Shown here: positions 47,445-56,904 of the stretch, piece by piece
How positions within the stretch are numbered: position 1 is the stretch's first letter
Layout of the letters: every line of letters starts with the position of its first letter
From: Candidatus Beckwithbacteria bacterium
GTDB lineage: Bacteria > Patescibacteriota > Microgenomatia > UBA1400 > UBA1449
Assembly: GCA_012797845.1 (NCBI GenBank)
Contig: JAAZOH010000025.1
Span: forward strand, 3,767-67,766
DNA: 64,000 nt
Direction: 5' to 3'
The notes under the pieces: generated by a model
Told to the model about the DNA's origin: nothing
Seen by the model: only the letters and a program-made list of their open reading frames with translations
Databases searched by the model: none
Program-made: the position numbers and the translations under genes

Positions 47445-48383
47445 ATGAAAGATAATTTTTGGCAAAATAAAAGAGTTTTAATTACCGGTGCTCACGGCTT
47501 TTTAGGTAGCCACTTAGTAAGGCAGCTGAAAAAACTAAAACCTAGGCAGTTGCGAATTCCTACTTCTAAAGAACTGGATCTGACTCAAAATCAAAATTGT
47601 ATCAAGGCCGTTGAAAACATTGATCTAGTCATTCATTTAGCAGCCAAGGTTGGCGGCATTGGTTTTAACCAACAATATCCTGGAACTTTGTTTTATGACA
47701 ATTTGGTGATGGGTGCTCATTTGATGGAAGCAGCCCGAAAAGCTGGGGTCAAAAAATTTGTGGCCCTTGGTACCATTTGCGCGTATCCAAAATTTACACC
47801 AATTCCTTTTAAAGAGGAAAATTTGTGGAATGGCTATCCTGAAGAAACCAATGCTCCCTATGGTTTGGCTAAAAAAATGCTGTTAGTTCAAGCTCAGGCC
47901 TATCGTCAACAATACAGCTTTAATGCTATTTTCTTATTACCCGTTAATTTGTATGGCCCTGGTGATAATTTTGATCCCAAATCTTCCCATGTCATTCCAG
48001 CTCTTATAAAAAAATTTATTGATGCTAAAGAAAGTGGCAAAAAAACTGTGACTATTTGGGGAACTGGTAACCCTACTCGGGAATTTTTGTATGTTGAAGA
48101 CGCTGCTAAAGGGATTATTTTGGCCAGTGAAAAATACAACAAAGCTGATCCGGTCAATCTAGGAAGCAGTAATGAGATTTCTATCAGAGCGTTGGTTGAA
48201 CTCATTCAGGAACTAACAGAGTTTAAAGGCCAAATTATTTGGGATAAGACAAAGCCAGACGGTCAGCCTAGACGTAAACTGGATATTTCAAAAGCCAAAA
48301 CTGAGTTTGGCTTTGAGGCTTCTACTGATTTTAAAAAGGGACTTAAAAAAACTATTGAATGGTATCAAAAATATGGTAGATAA
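47445..48383 (+). CDS. fcl: GDP-L-fucose synthase
   Basis: [52 protein letters not shown] and KPDG motifs. Confidence 0.9.
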   Translation: MKDNFWQNKRVLITGAHGFLGSHLVRQLKKLKPRQLRIPTSKELDLTQNQNCIKAVENIDLVIHLAAKVGGIGFNQQYPGTLFYDNLVMGAHLMEAARKAGVKKFVALGTICAYPKFTPIPFKEENLWNGYPEETNAPYGLAKKMLLVQAQAYRQQYSFNAIFLLPVNLYGPGDNFDPKSSHVIPALIKKFIDAKESGKKTVTIWGTGNPTREFLYVEDAAKGIILASEKYNKADPVNLGSSNEISIRALVELIQELTEFKGQIIWDKTKPDGQPRRKLDISKAKTEFGFEASTDFKKGLKKTIEWYQKYGR

Positions 48384-49191
48384 AATTACAATAATTAAAC
48401 CTCAACAAGGTTTTATTTCTATAAATTTCAAAGAGCTTTGGAGATATCGGGAACTACTATTAGCCCTAATGATAAGAGACATTAAGGTGCGATATAAACA
48501 AACATACTTAGGGATAGCTTGGGCCATCATGCAACCATTTACTCAGATGGTTGTGTTTAGCTTCTTTTTTGGTAAACTGGCAAAAATTCCTTCGGATGGA
48601 GTTCCTTATCCCATCTTCTCGTATTCTGGATTAATCCTTTGGACTTTTTTTAGCAATAGCATTAGTGCAGTTAGCAATAGCATGATAAACAGCTCTACTA
48701 TTATTAAAAAAGTATATTTTCCTAGGCTTATTTCTCCCATAGCTAGTTCTTTGGTTTATATAGTTGACTATATTATTGCTTTTACTATTTTGATCGGTTT
48801 AATATTTTTTTATAATTTCCCTTTACGCTTAGAATTTTTATTAATTCCCATGGTAGTATTTGGTACTTGGTTACTAAGCATTGGTGTTGGTTGTTTTCTA
48901 GCATCAATAAACATTCGTTATAGAGATGTTCGTTATGCTTTGCCGTTTTTTATTCAACTTCTTTTATACATTACGCCTGTCATTTACCCTGCATCAGTAG
49001 CTGGGCAATTTGAATGGATCGTCAATATAAATCCAATGACTGGATTTATGGAGCTTCATCGTTCTCTAATTTTGGGATTACCCATTAAAATCAATCAAAT
49101 TATAATTTCACTTATAATTACAATAGTCTTTTTAGTAATTGGATTACTGACATTCAAAAAAATGGAAAAAAACATTGTTGATATTGTTTAA
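48373..49191 (+). CDS. wzm: Polysaccharide ABC transporter permease
   Basis: [34 protein letters not shown] and NPM motifs. Confidence 0.92.
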   Translation: MVDKITIIKPQQGFISINFKELWRYRELLLALMIRDIKVRYKQTYLGIAWAIMQPFTQMVVFSFFFGKLAKIPSDGVPYPIFSYSGLILWTFFSNSISAVSNSMINSSTIIKKVYFPRLISPIASSLVYIVDYIIAFTILIGLIFFYNFPLRLEFLLIPMVVFGTWLLSIGVGCFLASINIRYRDVRYALPFFIQLLLYITPVIYPASVAGQFEWIVNINPMTGFMELHRSLILGLPIKINQIIISLIITIVFLVIGLLTFKKMEKNIVDIV

Positions 49192-49193
49192 TT

Positions 49194-50435
49194 ATGAAGA
49201 AGGATTTAGCAATTCAAGTTAGCCAATTAAGCAAAAAGTATTTAATTGATACTTTTCATCATTCGCCTCCTGTTCCCCAAAATACATTATCTATTTTAAA
49301 AACCAATCTTTTTAATAAAAACAAAACTGAGATTTTTTGGGCTTTAAAAAATATTAATTTTAAGATTAAAAAAGGTGAAATTGTTGGTATTGTGGGTGCT
49401 AATGGAGCTGGAAAATCTACGCTTTTAAAGATTTTATCCCAAATAGTGGAGCCTACTTCAGGTGAAGTGAAACTTAGAGGTAAAATTTCTTCCTTGTTAG
49501 AGGTTGGCACTGGATTTAACCCTGAATTAACCGGAAGAGAAAACATATATCTAAATGGTGCCATTTTAGGCATGAGCCGCAAAGAAATTGAGAGAAAGTT
49601 CGATAACATAATTGACTTTAGTGGTGTAAAAAAATTTTTAGATGTGCCGATCAAAAGATATTCATCTGGAATGCAAGTAAGATTAGCTTTTTCTGTAGCA
49701 GCCCACCTTGATTCAGATATTTTACTTATTGATGAAGTGCTTGCAGTCGGAGATGTGGAATTTCAAAAAAAATGTTTAGGAAAAATTGATGATATTTCTA
49801 AAAACGAAAGTCGAACAGTTTTGTTTGTTAGTCACAATATTGGCATAGTTAAAAGATTATGCAATCGAATCATCTTACTAGAAAATGGAAAAGTAAAACT
49901 TGATGGCTCAAGCGACGACGCTATTGAGGAGTATTTCAAAGTAGATCATACTCCCACTGAAGGCAAGATTAATTTAAGTAGCGTTCCTAGAAGAGACAAT
50001 CTGGTAAAAGCTATTACTTCATGTTGGTTTCAGTCTCTTGAAGGGAAAAGTAAAACTGTTTTTGCCATGGGTAAGCCAATGCAGATTTGCTATCATTTCA
50101 AATTAAATAAATCATATCCTGATCTTAATTTTACCTGTATGATTTTTAATATATACGGGGATAGAGTAACTACTTTATCAACCTTTCTTAATCAAAATAA
50201 GGTTTACAACAATATTAAAGAAGGAACAGTAATATTTAACGTCCCTTGTTTGCGATTAACTCCTGGTGCTTACAAAATAAGTTTATACCTTTTAGACAAA
50301 ATTGGTAACTCTATAGATCGTACAGAAATGGCAGCAGAATTTAAAGTGATGCCAAACAATATCTTTTCATCTATATATACGTTTTCATCTGGTCATGGTT
50401 TTCTTTACTTAGATGCTACAATCGATGTGGTATGA
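49194..50435 (+). CDS. wzt: Polysaccharide ABC transporter ATPase with C-terminal carbohydrate-binding domain
   Basis: GANGAGKST, LTGRENI, YSSGM and DEVLAVGD motifs, plus a C-terminal extension (L.PG.Y). Confidence 0.93.
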   Translation: MKKDLAIQVSQLSKKYLIDTFHHSPPVPQNTLSILKTNLFNKNKTEIFWALKNINFKIKKGEIVGIVGANGAGKSTLLKILSQIVEPTSGEVKLRGKISSLLEVGTGFNPELTGRENIYLNGAILGMSRKEIERKFDNIIDFSGVKKFLDVPIKRYSSGMQVRLAFSVAAHLDSDILLIDEVLAVGDVEFQKKCLGKIDDISKNESRTVLFVSHNIGIVKRLCNRIILLENGKVKLDGSSDDAIEEYFKVDHTPTEGKINLSSVPRRDNLVKAITSCWFQSLEGKSKTVFAMGKPMQICYHFKLNKSYPDLNFTCMIFNIYGDRVTTLSTFLNQNKVYNNIKEGTVIFNVPCLRLTPGAYKISLYLLDKIGNSIDRTEMAAEFKVMPNNIFSSIYTFSSGHGFLYLDATIDVV

Positions 50436-51529
50436 ATGATACTCATTTAAAATCAATTTTAATCACTGGTGGTACCGGCACCTTTGGCAGATCTTTTGCT
50501 AAAACTGTTTTAGAAAACTATCCCCATATAGAGAAAGTGGTTATCTTTTCCAGAGATGAGTTTAAACAGTTTGAAATGTCAAATCTAGACTGGTGCCAAA
50601 AACATCAAAAACGCTTACGTTTCTTTGTCGGCGACGTTCGTGATAAAGACAGGCTTTTGCGAGCTTTTTCTGGAATTGATGTGGTGGTTCATGCCGCTGC
50701 TCTAAAACAAATCCCTAGCTGTGAATATAATCCATTTGAAGCCATTAAAACTAATGTTTGGGGAGCGCAAAATGTTATCGAAGCCGCATTGGATTGCAAA
50801 GTCAAAAGAGTGGTTGCTCTTAGTACAGATAAAGCCTGTTCACCTATCAACCTTTATGGTGCCACCAAACTATGTAGCGATAAGCTCTTTATTTCAGCTA
50901 ATTCTTATGCAGGTTTACAAGACACAAGATTTGCTGTGGTTCGCTATGGCAATGTAACTGGTAGCCGTGGCTCTCTAATTCCCTTTTTCCAAAAACTTGT
51001 TGAAGCTAAAGCTGACTCTATGCCTATTACCGATGAGCGGATGACCCGTTTTTGGCTCAATATCCATGAAGCGGTAGATTTGGTCTTACTGGCACTAAAC
51101 AATACCTTAGGTGGTGAAATTTTTGTACCTAAAATTCCTTCAGTAAAGATTACTGACATTGCCAAAGCCATTGCTCCTCATATACCCATAAAAATAATTG
51201 GCATTAGACCTGGCGAGAAAATCCATGAAAAGATGATTAGTATTGATGATGCCCGCAATACCATCGAGTTTGACAACTATTTTGTGATTCAACCTGATTT
51301 AAATTTATCTTGGGCTAAAAGAACTAAAGCTGGGCTAAAAGGAACAAAAGTATCACCCGATTTTGAATACCATAGTGGTAATAATACCGACTGGCTAAAT
51401 GTAGATCAAGTCAGAAAATTGATAAAAAAACTAAACCCCGAAAACGCTAATTCTAACAGAAATTTAAACGATAAAGTTACAATGAATAATCCCCAAAACG
51501 TAACTATCAATATTTACGAGTCAAAATAA
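50432..51529 (+). CDS. pseB: UDP-GlcNAc 4,6-dehydratase (inverting)
   Basis: TGGTGTFG, SRDEFKQ, EYNPFEAIKTN, LSTDKA, NLYGATKL, RYGNV, MTRFW and RPGEKIHE motifs. Confidence 0.92.
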   Translation: MNDTHLKSILITGGTGTFGRSFAKTVLENYPHIEKVVIFSRDEFKQFEMSNLDWCQKHQKRLRFFVGDVRDKDRLLRAFSGIDVVVHAAALKQIPSCEYNPFEAIKTNVWGAQNVIEAALDCKVKRVVALSTDKACSPINLYGATKLCSDKLFISANSYAGLQDTRFAVVRYGNVTGSRGSLIPFFQKLVEAKADSMPITDERMTRFWLNIHEAVDLVLLALNNTLGGEIFVPKIPSVKITDIAKAIAPHIPIKIIGIRPGEKIHEKMISIDDARNTIEFDNYFVIQPDLNLSWAKRTKAGLKGTKVSPDFEYHSGNNTDWLNVDQVRKLIKKLNPENANSNRNLNDKVTMNNPQNVTINIYESK

Positions 51530-51554
51530 AAAATAAAAAATGAAAAGTTGAAGT

Positions 51555-52412
51555 TTAAGCTAACTCTTCTAAAGCTTTGTTAATTATAATAGAATGTGTT
51601 TCCGCTCCAGATAAAATCTCTCCTTTGTCATTGAAACACAATTGCTTAGCTACTTCATATTGTTTACGAGCTTCTTCAGCATTTCCTTGAGCTCCCGCAA
51701 TTCTACCAAGAGATATGTGAGCATTTCGTTGATTATGAACATCTCCAATTTTTTCAAATCCTCCCAGTGCCTTCACTTGATATCCAGTAGCCTGATCATA
51801 ACCTTCAAGTTTTTCATAAGCTACTCCAAGTAGCTGTAGCGTCCTGTTATAGATTGCTTTATTTACCTCATTATCTGGATCTTGCTCAAGGACTGTCTGT
51901 CCATTTTCTAAACCTTTTTTATAGTACTTAATAGCATCTTCAATTCCTACGTCCTCTTGAACCCAAAGGCCAATCTCATTAAAGGCTTTGCTTATTTCGA
52001 TACAGGGTTCAGGAGAAGTAGCTAAAATTTTTTCTATTTCATCAGCCATCCTACGAGATCCAACTATATCTTTGCTAAAGGGATGTGATTTTTGAGGTCT
52101 ATCGCCAGTTCTAAAGAGGTAAAGTAGCCCAGCTTTAGCATTTAATAAAGCTGGAATATTACCTGTTTTTGCAGCATTGTATTCTGCAGCTGCTAGTACC
52201 ATTTCTGCTTCCGCATAATTGGCTTGCATGGTTAGAGCCAATCCTCGTTCTAACATAGGGTAAGGATTACCTACTGAATCATGGGAATAGCATGGAGGAG
52301 TAGAGCTCAAAACTTCTTCATACGCCCCGACTCGATTTAAGCCTGCAAGCTCTGCAATATAGTGGTCTAAAGTAAAGTTTTCTGGAGTAGAAAAAAGTTC
52401 CTTTTTTCCCAT
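51555..52412 (-). CDS. Tetratricopeptide-repeat protein
   Basis: TPR-like units AFNEIG...AIKYYKKGL, LGVAYEKLEGYDQA and LGRIAGAQGNAEEARKQY. Confidence 0.75.
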   Translation of the reverse strand: MGKKELFSTPENFTLDHYIAELAGLNRVGAYEEVLSSTPPCYSHDSVGNPYPMLERGLALTMQANYAEAEMVLAAAEYNAAKTGNIPALLNAKAGLLYLFRTGDRPQKSHPFSKDIVGSRRMADEIEKILATSPEPCIEISKAFNEIGLWVQEDVGIEDAIKYYKKGLENGQTVLEQDPDNEVNKAIYNRTLQLLGVAYEKLEGYDQATGYQVKALGGFEKIGDVHNQRNAHISLGRIAGAQGNAEEARKQYEVAKQLCFNDKGEILSGAETHSIIINKALEELA

Positions 52413-52422
52413 ATTACTCTGA

Positions 52423-52450
52423 ATTATAAAATAATTTACAAGAAAAGCAA
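52423..52450 (-). promoter_or_regulatory. Putative promoter of the TPR gene
   Basis: TTGCTT, 16 nt spacer, TATAAT; 10 nt upstream of ATG 52412. Confidence 0.55.
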
Positions 52451-52483
52451 TTTTTGAAATATGATATGATCTACCTTGATCAT

Positions 52484-53632
52484 ATGAGCCAAAATAAATT
52501 TTCTTACGGTCGACAATCTATTTCCCAGAAAGACATAACTGCAGTTACCAAAGTTTTACAATCAAACTTTCTTACTCAGGGCCCAAGCATTAAAGAGTTT
52601 GAAGAAAAATTTGCCAGTTATTGTGAGACCAGATATGCAGTAGCAGTCTGCAATGGCACTGCTGCTCTTCACCTTGCAGTACTAGCCCTTGAGCTTGATT
52701 CCAGCTCAGAAGCTATCACTTCCCCCATGTCCTTTGCTGCTTCAGCTAATTGCGTTTTGTATGCAAGAGCCAAAATTAACTTTGCTGATATCGATCCATA
52801 CACTGGACTTATAGACCCAGCTGAATTAGCTAAAAAAGTAACCCCCAAAACTAAACTGTTGATTCCGGTCCACTATGCTGGCCAAGCTTGCAATATGGCT
52901 GCAATTGCCAAGCTAGCTAAAAAATACAAGCTCTACATTATTGAAGATGCAGCCCATGCTATTGGCAGCTCATACAAAAATAGGAAGATCGGCTCTTGCC
53001 AGTACAGTGACATGACTACCTTTTCTTTCCATCCCGTTAAAACTATTACTTCAGGTGAGGGCGGCATGATCACCACCAATAATAAAAAACTTTATGAAAA
53101 ACTGCTGATGCTCCGTACTCATGGCATTACCAAGCAAAATTTTGTCAGCAAACCAGATGGGAATTGGTACTACGAAATGCAAGCTTTGGGCTACAATTAC
53201 CGGCTAACCGATATTCAGGCTACTCTCGGACTTTCACAGCTGAGCCAAATCGAGAAGTTTAAAAAAAAGAGGTCAAAATTGGTAAACTTTTACGATAAAG
53301 CCTTTGCAAACGATCCCTGCTTTAAGGTTCTGGGCAAAGCTGCTAATTCTGATACTTGCTATCATCTTTACCCACTACTATTTCAATTTGATAAACTAAA
53401 AATTACAAAGCAACAGCTCTTTAAAGCTTTGCAAAAGAAGGGCTTATTTCTCCAGGTTCACTACATTCCCATCCATCTCCAACCCTACTACCAAAACTTA
53501 GGCTTTAAAAAAGGTGATTTCCCCAATGCTGAGCAATTTTATCAGCAAGAGTTGTCATTACCTCTATATGTTGACCTGACTATTCCTCAAGCCAAACAAG
53601 TTGTCAAAATTATTAAAGAACTAGCTCAATAA
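52484..53632 (+). CDS. pseC: UDP-4-keto-6-deoxy-AltNAc aminotransferase (DegT family)
   Basis: YGRQSI, LTQGP, EDAAHA, FSFHPVKTITSGEGG, WYYEMQALGYNYR and QVHYIP motifs. Confidence 0.92.
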   Translation: MSQNKFSYGRQSISQKDITAVTKVLQSNFLTQGPSIKEFEEKFASYCETRYAVAVCNGTAALHLAVLALELDSSSEAITSPMSFAASANCVLYARAKINFADIDPYTGLIDPAELAKKVTPKTKLLIPVHYAGQACNMAAIAKLAKKYKLYIIEDAAHAIGSSYKNRKIGSCQYSDMTTFSFHPVKTITSGEGGMITTNNKKLYEKLLMLRTHGITKQNFVSKPDGNWYYEMQALGYNYRLTDIQATLGLSQLSQIEKFKKKRSKLVNFYDKAFANDPCFKVLGKAANSDTCYHLYPLLFQFDKLKITKQQLFKALQKKGLFLQVHYIPIHLQPYYQNLGFKKGDFPNAEQFYQQELSLPLYVDLTIPQAKQVVKIIKELAQ

Positions 53633-53634
53633 CC

Positions 53635-54408
53635 ATGCACCAGATTGGCTTAAAACTTTGGTCAACCAATGACTTTTATGTAGAGGAGGCACAAAAACTT
53701 TTTAGCAAAAAAGTTTATAACTATATTGAGCTCTATACAGTCCCCGACTCATACGCCAAATTTTATCGAATCTGGCGAAACTTAAATATTCCCTATATCA
53801 TTCATGCTCCTCATTTTACCCATGGAGTTAATTTGGCCTCGAAGATAAACTTTAAAAAAAATATTGAGCTAATAGAAGAGGCTCAGCGTTTTGCCGATAC
53901 CCTAAAGGCAAAATATATCATTGTGCATCCGGGATGTAATGGCGATATCAAAGAAACTGCAAGGCAGCTAGGACAAATTGATGATTCAAGAATTCTAGTA
54001 GAAAATATGCCCTATTTAGGAATCGAAGACGGTATTATCTGTAACGGAAGTACCTATAATGAACTACAGTATGTTCTAAGTCATACTAACAAAGGCTTTT
54101 GTCTGGATATTCATCATGCCTTTAGTTCATCAGCCTATCATAAAATTGATCCCATTTCTTTTGTAAAAAAGTTATTAACGTTAAGACCAAGCATGTTTCA
54201 TTTGGCTGATAGCAAAACGACATATGTTAGAGATAAACATTTAAATATTGGCAAGGGCAATTTGCCAATTAAAGATATAATTAAACTAATACCAAACAAT
54301 AGCTTTATAAGCTTAGAAACAAAAAAGCAAACCATACAAAATCTTAATGTTTTTATTGAAGATGTTTCAATCATCAAAGAACTAGAAAATTATGATCAAA
54401 ATAAATAA
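53635..54408 (+). CDS. Endonuclease-IV/xylose-isomerase-like TIM-barrel metalloenzyme
   Basis: IHAP, VHPG, VENM, LDIHH, FHLAD, DKH and LET motifs. Confidence 0.82.
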   Translation: MHQIGLKLWSTNDFYVEEAQKLFSKKVYNYIELYTVPDSYAKFYRIWRNLNIPYIIHAPHFTHGVNLASKINFKKNIELIEEAQRFADTLKAKYIIVHPGCNGDIKETARQLGQIDDSRILVENMPYLGIEDGIICNGSTYNELQYVLSHTNKGFCLDIHHAFSSSAYHKIDPISFVKKLLTLRPSMFHLADSKTTYVRDKHLNIGKGNLPIKDIIKLIPNNSFISLETKKQTIQNLNVFIEDVSIIKELENYDQNK

Positions 54409-55438
54409 TCGCAAAATTGGAACTGACTACCCTCCTTATATCATCGCCGACCTTTCTGCAAACCATAATCAATCTTTAGATCGGGCATTAGAGATTGTGG
54501 AAAAAAGTCACGAAGCTGGTATTGATGCTTTAAAACTTCAAACATACACTGCCAGTTGTATGACACTAAATGTCAAAAAACCAAATTTTAAAATTTCAAA
54601 CAAAACCAAATTATGGAAAGGTGAATACCTCTACTCCTTATATAAAAAAGCTCCTATTCCATGGGAGTGGCATAAACCAATTATGCAAAAATGTAAAAAA
54701 TTAGGCCTTACTTGCTTTAGTACTCCGTTCAGTGAAAAAGGAGTAGATTTTTTAGAAAACTTGGATGTTCCATGTTATAAGGTTGCGTCTTTTGAAAATA
54801 TCCATATACCTCTACTGAAGAAAATTGCTAAAACAAAAAAGCCAGTTATTATATCTACAGGCATGGCTAATGTAACTGAACTGGGCGAAGCTATACAAAC
54901 GCTTAGGGAAAACGGATGCAGAGATGTAATACTTTTAAAATGTACAAGCACTTACCCTGCTGATGAAAGCGAATCAAACCTTAGAACTATTCCTCATATG
55001 AAAGACTTATTTAGCTGTGAGGTAGGGCTTTCAGATCACACCTTAGGTATTGGCGTTCCTTTGGCTAGTGTGGCTCTAGGTGCAACTGTAATTGAAAAGC
55101 ATATTACCTTGAGAAGAAAGGATGGTGGTTTCGACTCTACTTTTTCCCTAGAGCCAAAAGAAATGAAAAGCTTAGTCATTGAAAGTAGACGGGCTTGGAA
55201 AGCTTTGGGAAAAATCAGCTATGAATCGACAAAAAAAGAACAAGCTAGTTTACAATTCAAAAGATCAATTTATATAGCAAAAGATATGAGAAAAGGTGAA
55301 CAATTTACAAAGAAAAGTCTAAAAGTAATTCGTCCAGGATTTGGTCTAGCACCAAAATATTATGAACATGTTCTAGGTAAAAAAATTTCAAGAAATGTAT
55401 CAAAGGGGACACCTTTAAAATGGGAATATGTAAATTGA
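54392..55438 (+). CDS. pseI: Pseudaminic acid synthase (NeuB family)
   Basis: SANHN, KLQTYT, PWEWH, KVASFE, LKCTSTYP, GLSDHT and IEKH motifs; C-terminal SAF domain (RPGFGL). Confidence 0.92.
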   Translation: MIKINNRKIGTDYPPYIIADLSANHNQSLDRALEIVEKSHEAGIDALKLQTYTASCMTLNVKKPNFKISNKTKLWKGEYLYSLYKKAPIPWEWHKPIMQKCKKLGLTCFSTPFSEKGVDFLENLDVPCYKVASFENIHIPLLKKIAKTKKPVIISTGMANVTELGEAIQTLRENGCRDVILLKCTSTYPADESESNLRTIPHMKDLFSCEVGLSDHTLGIGVPLASVALGATVIEKHITLRRKDGGFDSTFSLEPKEMKSLVIESRRAWKALGKISYESTKKEQASLQFKRSIYIAKDMRKGEQFTKKSLKVIRPGFGLAPKYYEHVLGKKISRNVSKGTPLKWEYVN

Positions 55439-55447
55439 TTAAAATTT

Positions 55448-56356
55448 ATGAATAAACAGAACTTAAACCAAATCAAGAAAATTTACGATCAAGGAGGTAA
55501 TATTATACAGTTTCTAAAAAAAGGAAATTCTTCTCAAGCTAATTCAGATGAAATGGTTTTAATTAGCTATGACTTTCAAAGTGGTTCTTACATAAAATAT
55601 GTACAAAGTAATCCAAAAGAGAAAGACCTCTATACAAAATCAATCGCAGCTGTAATTAACAATCTAAATGTAAAGTACGATTCAATTCTTGAAGCAGGAG
55701 TTGGTGAAGCAACTACTTTAGCAAGTCTTCTGCCTAAATTGAAAGCTAAACCCAAAGACACATATGGCTTTGATATTTCATGGTCAAGAATTAAATATGG
55801 TCAAGAGTATTTGAAAAAGAAAAGATTGTCGAAAGTGTTTTTGTTTGTAGGAGATCTATTCAATATACCAATTGCAGATAATGCAATAGATATTGTCTAT
55901 ACATCTCATTCTATCGAGCCTAATGGAGGCAAGGAAAAAGAAGCCTTAAAAGAACTGTATCGCATTACCAATAAATACCTAATTCTTTTAGAACCTGCCT
56001 ATGAACTTGCAGATAAAAAAGCTAGAGAAAGAATGGAACACCATGGTTATATTAAAAATCTATATTCAACTGCTAAATCCTTGAAATATAATGTTTTAGA
56101 CTACAAGCTATTTGATTACTATATAAACCCTCTTAATCCAACTGGTTTAATGATTATTAAAAAATCTCTACAAAATAAATTAACTAATAGTAAACCATTG
56201 CTCTGTCCTATAAGCAAAACTCCTCTGAGTTTTATAAGAGGTTCTTATTTTTCTAAAAAAGGTCTACTTGCTTACCCTATAATCGATAAGGTTCCTTGTT
56301 TGCTAAACGAAAACGCTGTTATAGCTACTCATTACCTGGACAGATTTACAAAGTAA
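55448..56356 (+). CDS. SAM-dependent methyltransferase with C-terminal Trm112-like domain
   Basis: LEAGVGEAT, GFDISWSR and SHSIEP motifs; C-terminus LCPISKTPL...YPIIDKVPCL. Confidence 0.8.
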   Translation: MNKQNLNQIKKIYDQGGNIIQFLKKGNSSQANSDEMVLISYDFQSGSYIKYVQSNPKEKDLYTKSIAAVINNLNVKYDSILEAGVGEATTLASLLPKLKAKPKDTYGFDISWSRIKYGQEYLKKKRLSKVFLFVGDLFNIPIADNAIDIVYTSHSIEPNGGKEKEALKELYRITNKYLILLEPAYELADKKARERMEHHGYIKNLYSTAKSLKYNVLDYKLFDYYINPLNPTGLMIIKKSLQNKLTNSKPLLCPISKTPLSFIRGSYFSKKGLLAYPIIDKVPCLLNENAVIATHYLDRFTK

Positions 56357-56374
56357 TTAGAAAATTTATATTGC

Positions 56375-56902
56375 ATGAAAAAAGTAATTTTTTATGAACA
56401 ATTAGAGTTAAAAAGCTTTGTTGTTTTGACTAAAAATGAAAAACAATTAGTCTATCAATGGAGAAATAACCAAAAAATAAGTAAGTGGATGATTAATCAA
56501 AATAAATTTTCCTATACAGAACATCTTCGATTTATAAAAAAATTAGCAAAGGATAATAATAATTTTCACTGGCTTGTCCAAAACAAAATAGATAAAGAAT
56601 ATCTTGGAGTATGCAATTTAGTTAATATAGATAAAAAACATAAACATTGTTACTTGGGAATATACGTAAATCCTAGTTTGCAAAATAAAGGATATGGAAC
56701 TGACATTCTAAAAGTCTTAAAGCACATTGCTTACAATCTACTTAACATACATACCATAAAATTAGAAGTTTTTGAGCACAATAGCAGAGCCATTAATTTT
56801 TATAAAAAAAATGGTTTCAAAAAAGAAGGTTTACTTAAAGATTACATTTTGATAAACAATAAGTGGCACAACCTTCTTCTCATGGGCCATTTCCCCAAAT
56901 AG
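56375..56902 (+). CDS. pseH: GNAT N-acetyltransferase, PseH-like
   Basis: WRN...KWM, EHLRFI, LGIY, GYG and LEVFEHNSRAINFYKKNGF motifs; inside the pse cluster. Confidence 0.85.
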   Translation: MKKVIFYEQLELKSFVVLTKNEKQLVYQWRNNQKISKWMINQNKFSYTEHLRFIKKLAKDNNNFHWLVQNKIDKEYLGVCNLVNIDKKHKHCYLGIYVNPSLQNKGYGTDILKVLKHIAYNLLNIHTIKLEVFEHNSRAINFYKKNGFKKEGLLKDYILINNKWHNLLLMGHFPK

Positions 56903-56904
56903 TT

